This document shows, one piece after another, positions 57,591 to 64,000 of a stretch of DNA of 64,000 nucleotides. The position numbers and the translations under genes were made by a program. Within the stretch, counting starts at the first letter, position 1, and the number at the start of each line of letters is the position of its first letter. The stretch is taken from assembly GCA_019752595.1 (NCBI GenBank), contig JAIELV010000001.1, forward strand, positions 312,486-376,485, written 5' to 3'. Below the pieces are notes generated by a model. The model searched no databases, was not told the origin of the DNA, and saw only the letters and a program-made list of their open reading frames with translations. Source of the DNA: Patescibacteria group bacterium (GTDB lineage Bacteria > Patescibacteriota > Minisyncoccia > Phycocordibacterales > Phycocordibacteraceae).

Positions 57591-57666
57591 GGCCTGGTGG
57601 CGAAGAAGCTAACGCGGCGGTCTGCAAAACCGCTATACAGGGGTGCGAATCCCCTCCAGGCCTCCA
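57591..57666 (+). tRNA. tRNA-Cys(GCA)
   Basis: GGCCTGG/CCAGGCC acceptor, GCGGT-CTGCAAA-ACCGC, U73-CCA. Confidence 0.93.
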
Positions 57667-57728
57667 CAAACTTTTTAGAAAGAATAAGGAATGCGTCTAG
57701 AGTTTTTTGGTATAATGCGTGTACCATT

Positions 57729-58265
57729 ATGTCGCGCAAACGTTCTTGGACGGTGGAGGAACTGAAAAAAGCTGCTGCAAGTTCAACTAGTTACCGCCAG
57801 GTCATGAAAAAACTGAATCTGCGTGCTGCGGGTGAAAATTACGCTCAACTTCAAAAGTATTTAAAAGAGAACGACATAGACACTCAACATTTCAAAGGTA
57901 TTGCCTGGAATAAAGGTTTGCGAGGAATCGGCAAACCTCAGATACCACTTGAAAAAATCCTTGTTGAGTACAGTACATATCAAAGTTTTAAACTTAAAAA
58001 GCGTTTATTTAATGCAAAGTTGAAGAAACCATCTTGTGAGGAATGTGGCTGGGCGAAAATTGCCGAAGGAGGTTATTTACCTTTAGAGCTTGACCATATC
58101 AACGGTAACAGACATGATAATCGATTAGAGAACTTGCGAGTTCTTTGCCCGAACTGCCATAGCTTAAAACCTACACATCGTGGCAGAATGGGGAGAGGAA
58201 AAACGAAAAAACCTCTAAGTCGGGATGGTGAAATTGGTAGACACGCAACACTTAAGATGTTGTGA
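57729..58265 (+). CDS. HNH endonuclease
   Basis: CEECG...LELDHINGNRHDNRLENLRVLCPNCH; C-terminus runs into tRNA-Leu. Confidence 0.92.
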   Translation: MSRKRSWTVEELKKAAASSTSYRQVMKKLNLRAAGENYAQLQKYLKENDIDTQHFKGIAWNKGLRGIGKPQIPLEKILVEYSTYQSFKLKKRLFNAKLKKPSCEECGWAKIAEGGYLPLELDHINGNRHDNRLENLRVLCPNCHSLKPTHRGRMGRGKTKKPLSRDGEIGRHATLKML

Positions 58266-58305
58266 CCGAAAGGTCGTGTGGGTTCGATTCCCACTCCCGG
58301 CACCA
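58219..58305 (+). tRNA. tRNA-Leu(TAA)
   Basis: GTCGGGA/TCCCGGC acceptor, CAACA-CTTAAGA-TGTTG, long variable arm, CCA. Confidence 0.95.
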
Positions 58306-58312
58306 CTATAGA

Positions 58313-59770
58313 TTATCTATCATTCCCTATCCGAAACTGATACAACGTCGGCGGTAAGAAAAAATAGATAGGATTAAATTTTGCCTTAAATGTTGAAAAA
58401 CCTTTCCACGAGGAATCTTCTCCCTGCTTCCAAAAATTTCCAAGATCGATAAAACGTACTCCTGATGCAAAAGATTCCTTAAACCATTTATCAAAAAGCC
58501 CCGTCATCAAAGGCTCGTCGCGCACTTCAGGTAAGAAAAAACCACCTTGATAGTAGGACAGCGGAAGCGCGGATGAGCGTAAATGTGCCACGCCAGCGAG
58601 AATTTTTCCGTCGCGCTTTCGACGAGCGACGAGGAATGTCATTTTGGTTTTTGGGTTTTTGCGTCGAAAATCCATTTCATACAGCATTCCGTCTTTCAGT
58701 GTGAGCGGTAATGTGCTTTTGCTGTAGGCTTTTCTAAATTCGTCAAAATCAGTTTCTTCAAGTGAATACGTATCGGCGCATTCAGATGCAAAACGCTTTC
58801 GGTCTCGCTTTCCTGTTTCTGACCACTCTCGCCAATACTCTGCGGTAAGCGGTATAAACCCAATTTTATACGCAGGCTTATCTGAAAACGCAATCCATTT
58901 TTTCGGAACGTCCAAGCGTCCCATTCTCTGCCACATCACCAGCCGTACGGGCTTTTTTTTGTCGTGAGACAACGGCAGCACCTCGGGCTCATGATCTCCT
59001 TCGTATTGCTCAAAAGAAAACGGCCACAAATTCCAATAACTTCCTCGCGGTTTCTCGCCTATGCGTGCAGGATGAAAATAACGAGGAATGCTTTCAAACG
59101 TGTTCAAGTCAGGCCACTGCCGAAGTGGGCGGTACCCGTCAGTGGCACATTTCTCAACGGTACCCCTTTGAAAGAGACCGACATAATTCCAGCTAAACAG
59201 CCACTCCCTCAGTGAGTGGAAAACAGTTCGTATCGGGATAAATAATTCTTTGTTCTTATAGACGTTTGCCAGCAGATACCCCTGCGGAGAAAGTCTCTGA
59301 TGAACAACAGTAAGAAATTCCACGTCAGCAGACAATAATGATGGTTGCTGTCCGCGAAACAAATCAATAACAATGAGGTCAAATTCTTCTTGTATTTTTT
59401 GTACCGCGTTCTTTGCGTCGTCGCAGATCATCGTGGGAAACGGATACGGCGCATAGAGTTTTAATTCTTTCGCGAGTGCAATCATTTCGGGGTCATGCTC
59501 AACAACAGTAAGCGTGGCTTCGGGAAATACACGCGAAATCATTTTCAATTCCCCACCACCACCAAGGCCGAGAAGCAGTATTTTTTTAATTCGCTGAGTA
59601 CCTCGGTACCGAGTAAGCACCTCAAGCGCATACTTCCACATAGCGTGAACCTCAGACCCCGTCTGCTCAATTCCATCAACACTTACCTGCCACGAACCGA
59701 ATTTTCGAATCGCAGTAATCGTTCCGTTTTTCTCCGACTGTCGGACAATAGATTCTGAAAACCAAGACAT
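58313..59770 (-). CDS. Spermidine synthase-like SAM-binding domain fused to a GNAT/FemAB-like domain
   Basis: ILLLGLGGG, VEHDP, DA, DLIVIDLF; C-terminal ILAGVA...YYQGGF...FIDLG...GFSTFKAKF. Confidence 0.75.
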   Translation of the reverse strand: MSWFSESIVRQSEKNGTITAIRKFGSWQVSVDGIEQTGSEVHAMWKYALEVLTRYRGTQRIKKILLLGLGGGGELKMISRVFPEATLTVVEHDPEMIALAKELKLYAPYPFPTMICDDAKNAVQKIQEEFDLIVIDLFRGQQPSLLSADVEFLTVVHQRLSPQGYLLANVYKNKELFIPIRTVFHSLREWLFSWNYVGLFQRGTVEKCATDGYRPLRQWPDLNTFESIPRYFHPARIGEKPRGSYWNLWPFSFEQYEGDHEPEVLPLSHDKKKPVRLVMWQRMGRLDVPKKWIAFSDKPAYKIGFIPLTAEYWREWSETGKRDRKRFASECADTYSLEETDFDEFRKAYSKSTLPLTLKDGMLYEMDFRRKNPKTKMTFLVARRKRDGKILAGVAHLRSSALPLSYYQGGFFLPEVRDEPLMTGLFDKWFKESFASGVRFIDLGNFWKQGEDSSWKGFSTFKAKFNPIYFFLPPTLYQFRIGNDR

Positions 59771-59844
59771 TAATGAGCATTGTACCCGAAGCGAGTATCG
59801 ATAAAGCATTGCCTCAAACGAAAAATTAGTTACTATACACAAAT

Positions 59845-59953
59845 CCCGCCCACAGCTGCAGTTGGTAAGCCGCCTACGGCGTCTTGCTCCAGCTGCGCTC
59901 GGACGTCATGAGAGCAAGCTCTCGCGACGCTCCTCGCTGGCTGGAGTAGAGCA
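59845..59953 (+). repeat. Degenerate copy of the tRNA-Lys 5' end split by a hairpin insert
   Basis: CCGCCC(AC)AGCT(G)CAGTTGGTA ... GTAGAGCAG versus tRNA CCGCCCTTAGCTCAGTTGGTAGAGCAG. Confidence 0.65.
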
Positions 59954-59973
59954 GTTTTTTAAAGTACAGATAT

Positions 59974-60046
59974 CCGCCCTTAGCTCAGTTGGTAGAGCAG
60001 CTCCCTCTTAAGGAGACGGTCGTAGGTTCGAATCCTACAGGGCGGA
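59974..60046 (+). tRNA. tRNA-Lys(CTT)
   Basis: CCGCCCT/AGGGCGG acceptor, anticodon loop CTCTTAA, GTAGG-TTCGAAT-CCTAC. Confidence 0.93.
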
Positions 60047-60298
60047 CTCGCGAAGCGAGTCCTGTAAAGAGAGCGCTGGTGGGCGCATCCTTACCCTGAA
60101 AGCCTGCCCGGTGCGCGTAGCGCCAGGCTTACAGGGCGGACTGAAGCGTAGCGTAAGGACGCCCTAGCAAGTTCGGGGAACTTGCGTGTAGGATTCGAAG
60201 ACCTTGTGAGCATTTTTTCAGAGCATGCGAATGAAAAAATCCACAAGGTGTACTGCTCCCGTAGGGAGAGAATCCTTCCCTATGTACAGGGCGGACCA
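60047..60298 (+). mobile_element. Two tandem tRNA-Lys 3' satellite elements
   Basis: TACAGGGCGGAC at 60036, 60130 and 60285 (the last ends in CCA); antisense CGCCCT...GTAGGATTCGAA at 60160..60199. Confidence 0.65.
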
Positions 60299-60302
60299 TG
60301 AC

Positions 60303-60332
60303 AAAAACGCCTCCCATGCGGGAGGTTTTTTG
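60303..60332 (+). terminator. Intrinsic terminator
   Basis: CCTCCC-ATGC-GGGAGG-TTTTTT. Confidence 0.75.
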
Positions 60333-60335
60333 CTT

Positions 60336-60439
60336 GGTCCGCGGGCGCAGGTATATTTTTGTTTACCGAAGGTAAGGCAAAAATACCGAGCCGGGGATCG
60401 CGGAAAATCTCCGTCAGGAGATTTATCCGTGTCCGGACC
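60336..60439 (+). ncRNA. Putative structured motif (fourth copy of the two-hairpin core)
   Basis: GGC-GCA-GGTAT...ATACC-GA-GCC, then AAATCTCC-GTCA-GGAGATTT-A within an outer stem. Confidence 0.5.
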
Positions 60440-60594
60440 GCGACGAGAGCTGTGACGACGGAGGTCCTGCCTACAGAGCGGACTTATAGTAAAGTTCCTG
60501 ATATTGTATAGAACAGTCGCTGGGGTAAGCAAAGCTTTCCTCAGCTCGTTCGAAGAACATAGAAATGCTAACATCTCTATGTTCCTTCTCACTC

Positions 60595-60675
60595 GCTGGG
60601 GTGGTGAAATTGGTAGACACGCCTGCCTTAGGAGCAGGTCCGCAAGGGTTGGAGGTTCGAGTCCTCTCCCCAGCA
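60595..60675 (+). tRNA. tRNA-Leu(TAG)
   Basis: GCTGGGG/CCCCAGC acceptor, CCTGC-CTTAGGA-GCAGG. Confidence 0.95.
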
Positions 60676-60728
60676 CAAAACAGCTAATTCCCAACAAATG
60701 TGCTACACTTAGTATAGCACAAGGTGGG

Positions 60729-61010
60729 TTAATTCCCTCCTGGAAGCCCGACGCCAGGGAAAATGGTATTCGTCGCGATACGAAGGATGGTAAAGACGGA
60801 GACCATGATAAAGAACCCAATAACTCCCCAAATCATGTGTGTTCTTCCTGTTTCGCGTGCTTTCGGGTCGTCAGATTTACTGATAAACGTAATCATACCG
60901 TTCACGAAATACCACATCGCGAGCGCGAATAACAAAAGAATTATTGGCTGTATTATGAGCCCCGTTACTTTTCCGATAAATACCGTGAGTGCGTCGTTGG
61001 GTGGATTCAT
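60729..61010 (-). CDS. VirB2/TrbC-like pilin
   Basis: TM - basic loop (KARETGRTHMIWGVIG) - TM. Confidence 0.75.
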   Translation of the reverse strand: MNPPNDALTVFIGKVTGLIIQPIILLLFALAMWYFVNGMITFISKSDDPKARETGRTHMIWGVIGFFIMVSVFTILRIATNTIFPGVGLPGGN

Positions 61011-61025
61011 GCAGAAGATGAGGAA

Positions 61026-61469
61026 TTAGCGACCAGGACAACTGAGCCTTGTAGGGCCTGTGGTCATTTCAGCACCTGCAATTCTTGGTGGGTTGATTGC
61101 ACCGCCACCGACGCCAAAAGTAACTTGCAGAACGTTTACAATTCCCCAAATGGAAAGCATAACGAAGAGCACTAAAATACCGTAAATCATTATGGTGCGA
61201 CCCGCATTTTTACTTTGCGGTGTTGCTGGCTGACCGTACGCAGAATGAGCACCAGTGTCTCCACCAGTACTCAAGCTGAACATATACATTGCCAAGCCCC
61301 AGAAGAAACCAAAGAGCGCGAGCGCAACAACAATTGGTGTTGCAAGTCCTACAAGACCTCCCAACGTACACAAAACGTCTATGAGTGTATCAGCCGCAAA
61401 CACAAACTGTGGGGTCAAGAGTAACGCGAGAAGTGAAAACACAAAGCCAGAAGCGAGCGCGTTTTTCAT
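61026..61469 (-). CDS. VirB2/TrbC-like pilin
   Basis: Signal peptide VFA|A, FFWGLAMY...GRTIMIYGILVLFVMLSIWGIV. Confidence 0.8.
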   Translation of the reverse strand: MKNALASGFVFSLLALLLTPQFVFAADTLIDVLCTLGGLVGLATPIVVALALFGFFWGLAMYMFSLSTGGDTGAHSAYGQPATPQSKNAGRTIMIYGILVLFVMLSIWGIVNVLQVTFGVGGGAINPPRIAGAEMTTGPTRLSCPGR

Positions 61470-61505
61470 ATTTTTTAGTATATCATCACAGAAATCGAAG
61501 AAAGA

Positions 61506-61883
61506 TTACCCCTGACATTCTGTAGTGTTCATGTTGTCTACATCAAGACAGGGATCCTGCGCGGGTCTGCTGGGTGTCGGCTCATCAAGAATACTCCTTC
61601 CAGTACCCGCTGGATTTTCTTGTAACTGCTGATTTGTACCTGCACTGCCGAAGAAAGTCATCTGTAGTATCGTCAAGATGCCCGCAAGAGAGAACACGAC
61701 AAACATCCCCACAACAGACCAAAAAACGCGAGCGCGCGCCTGCTTCATTTTTTCTGGATTTGCTGAATCAAACGTCAGCATCGCCAAATTCCAGAAGAAC
61801 ACAAATAACACCAATGCTATTGGTGTACCCACAACCACGACAGAAGTCATGTTGTTAATTATTTGTGTAAGCGTCAGATCCAT
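61506..61883 (-). CDS. VirB2/TrbC-like pilin
   Basis: FFWNLA...EKMKQARARVFWSVVGMFVV. Confidence 0.75.
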   Translation of the reverse strand: MDLTLTQIINNMTSVVVVGTPIALVLFVFFWNLAMLTFDSANPEKMKQARARVFWSVVGMFVVFSLAGILTILQMTFFGSAGTNQQLQENPAGTGRSILDEPTPSRPAQDPCLDVDNMNTTECQG

Positions 61884-61944
61884 ATACTACGCAGTATCGG
61901 AAGCCGGCCCCTTGAAGGGGCCGGCTAGTAAAAACGTCTATACG

Positions 61945-62322
61945 TTATGGTTGCACTTGCGGTACGTCAACTCTTGGAATGTCACTCCCCTGTAGCCGTG
62001 AGTCAGAATCGTTAATGCTGAACGTCTGCTGAAGGATGTTTACGATACCCCATACCGACACCATGACGAAAAGCACCAAAAGACCATACACCATCATGTC
62101 GCGTCCTTTCTTCTTGTCTTTATCTTCACCACTGAAGTTGAGGACGTACATTGCCAAGCCCCAGAAGAACGCCATCAGGGCAAGCGCAACGATAATAGGA
62201 GTGAGTGTGCCAATCAGTTCACCAACTGTAGTGAAAACCTGGGTAAGTGTTTGAGCCGCAAATACAGAAACTGGCAGGGCCAAAAGTGCTGCAATGCTGG
62301 AAACTTTAATAAAATTCTTCAT
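61945..62322 (-). CDS. VirB2/TrbC-like pilin
   Basis: Signal peptide VFA|A, FFWGLAMY...DKKKGRDMMVYGLLVLFVMVSVWGIV. Confidence 0.8.
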   Translation of the reverse strand: MKNFIKVSSIAALLALPVSVFAAQTLTQVFTTVGELIGTLTPIIVALALMAFFWGLAMYVLNFSGEDKDKKKGRDMMVYGLLVLFVMVSVWGIVNILQQTFSINDSDSRLQGSDIPRVDVPQVQP

Positions 62323-62432
62323 AGAAATACTATAAATTAAGCTATATAAAACTGATTAAGCTCTGTCTTTCAATTATACCACTTTCGCATCATCGCTGGG
62401 GCACCTGCATGCCCCGTGTGGATAGTACTTTC

Positions 62433-62786
62433 TTAGGGATTTGTTGCACCGAGCTGTTCAACTGTCAGGCGTATCGCTGTAGCAAGCGCACTTGCGCCAA
62501 GGAGTATTACCCCGCCCACAAGTGCCCAAAAAAAGTTTGAACGTACCTGTTTCAATTTATCAGGATTGCCTTCAGCCTGAACGAACTGAAAACCAATATA
62601 GACGATATACACCACAAGAATCGGAAATCCTATCTGTATGGCAAGCTGAAGCACGCGCTCCAAAAGGACGGTGAGTGTCGTGTTTTGACCAAGAGGATTT
62701 TCTAACCTCTCTGCGCCTACGATGAGAGGAACCGCGAGTACCAAAAGTGGAAGCAGGAACGCAAAGGATTTTTTTAAAAGTCGCAT
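62433..62786 (-). CDS. VirB2/TrbC-like pilin
   Basis: LENPLG, YIGFQFVQAEGNPDKLKQVRSNFFWALVG. Confidence 0.8.
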   Translation of the reverse strand: MRLLKKSFAFLLPLLVLAVPLIVGAERLENPLGQNTTLTVLLERVLQLAIQIGFPILVVYIVYIGFQFVQAEGNPDKLKQVRSNFFWALVGGVILLGASALATAIRLTVEQLGATNP

Positions 62787-62822
62787 GAGTGTGTTGCCTA
62801 GCACGTGCTAAAAACTTCCCCC

Positions 62823-64000
62823 CTATTGTAACCTAAAGAGAGCGCCGAGCTCTGATGATGCTTGAATAACAGATTGGCTGACCTCAGCTTCACCAGATGC
62901 CACCCGCTCCACCATCCTTTGAAACACTGAATCGGAGTTCGCGGGATCAGGATCGAGAAACACGAACGAGGAAAGCGCGGATTGGCGGAAAATCGATGTA
63001 TACGAATTATCCGAAGCGCTTTGTGCTTGGTCTCTGCGCACCGACGGCGTGCGTAGACTTTGAGTAAGCGCGCGATCGATTTCTGGTGTGGCCAAAGCGC
63101 GTATAACTAACAGTGCGCCGTCAGAATTTCTTGATCCGCGAGGAATGGAGAGTGAGAGCATAGTAGCCTCAGTGGCTTGGGTACCGCCACGCACCGAAGG
63201 AAGTACGCTGACGTCAAAGTTTAGATTCGGATTTGAGGCGCGTATCGGAAAAAGCTCGCTTGCTCTGCCCACATAGAGCGCCAGCCTGCCTGAAACAAAT
63301 GCATTCAATGATTCTGGTTGAGAACTATTCCACGAGTAAGAAGTTTTTACGGGGTCAGCAAAATCCGTATAAAAACGCAACGCGGAAGGCGCGGAAGGTT
63401 GCTGTCCAGCGCCTGCATCTTTCAAGACAGATACATATCCTCCTCTTTCACTTTTTGCGACGACGGGATTTCCTAACTGTCTGATGAGGCTCACCATGAG
63501 TCCTTTCGCGTGAGTAACGTTCTCCCATGTTCCCATTGCTATTCCGCTTCTTGTCAGCGTTCCCCGACTGTCAGATTTTGAAAGTGCTTCGGTTTGTGTA
63601 GTAACCTCGTCCCAATATTTCGGCGCTTGTGCGAGCCCTGCTTCCGTGAAAAACGTGCGGTTCCAGTAGAGCACTAAGGGATCTAAGCTAAACGGGACAC
63701 CGTACATGCCACTACCCGTTAAGAGCACTTCTCCTGCTTCAAGAAACGTATCCTGAAATTCACGGCGACTGTACTCTGAATATGGAATTTGTACTAATTT
63801 ATCTCCCTGAGACAGGAGGTAGGATGTCGGAAACAAGACGACGTCGGGACCGCGCCCAGCTGCAATTGCAGCGACCAATTTCGGAATAAAATCGCTCTCA
63901 CCCATCGGTTGGTACGTAACTCCTGTGTACTCATCTGAACCTCCCTGAAGCACATCGAGTGCAGGTTGCATTTCTTGTGCGGAAAGAGTGCCCCAAATGA
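62823..64000 (-). CDS. Extracellular solute-binding protein family 1 (5' partial)
   Basis: AIAAGRGPDV, GVPFSLDPLVLYWNR...P.YWDE, AFVSGRLALY. Confidence 0.88.
   Translation of the reverse strand, partial: IWGTLSAQEMQPALDVLQGGSDEYTGVTYQPMGESDFIPKLVAAIAAGRGPDVVLFPTSYLLSQGDKLVQIPYSEYSRREFQDTFLEAGEVLLTGSGMYGVPFSLDPLVLYWNRTFFTEAGLAQAPKYWDEVTTQTEALSKSDSRGTLTRSGIAMGTWENVTHAKGLMVSLIRQLGNPVVAKSERGGYVSVLKDAGAGQQPSAPSALRFYTDFADPVKTSYSWNSSQPESLNAFVSGRLALYVGRASELFPIRASNPNLNFDVSVLPSVRGGTQATEATMLSLSIPRGSRNSDGALLVIRALATPEIDRALTQSLRTPSVRRDQAQSASDNSYTSIFRQSALSSFVFLDPDPANSDSVFQRMVERVASGEAEVSQSVIQASSELGALFRLQ

Noticed and set aside
57597-57728. N-terminal extension of the HNH ORF through tRNA-Cys
   Set aside because: Open frame across the tRNA; ATG 57729 with an upstream TATAAT is the more plausible start.
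60036-60298. CRISPR-like reading of the three TACAGGGCGGAC repeats
   Set aside because: Repeats are only 12-13 bp, spacing is irregular, they derive from the tRNA end, and there are no cas genes in the window.
60218-60820. 200-aa minus-strand ORF
   Set aside because: Runs antisense through tRNA-Leu and structured repeats; not protein-like.

Overview
This is a 64 kb chromosomal segment of a small-genome bacterium. Gene content and style (VirB2-like pilin array, N-terminally short IF-2, short RelA/SpoT, DUF4446) point to Patescibacteria/CPR, probably Parcubacteria; this is inference. It uses the standard genetic code. Housekeeping genes include dnaX, serS, dprA, topA, rel, parB, pyrD/E/F, argH, miaA, rpmG, clpB, infB and rbfA, and there are eight tRNA genes. 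A copper/metal-homeostasis island ends in a large serine recombinase that reads into tRNA-Tyr, two free-standing homing endonucleases flank tRNA-Cys, and five pilin genes lie in tandem. The most unusual signal is non-coding: several tRNAs (Gln, Trp, Lys, more weakly two Leu) carry 80-250 nt structured satellites that duplicate the tRNA's own ends in sense and antisense orientation. Four loci share a covarying two-hairpin motif, one of them beside an inverted remnant of the recombinase 3' end. Small palindromic repeats are inserted in-frame in proteins such as MiaA, and many genes look leaderless. All calls are by eye; no searches were run.
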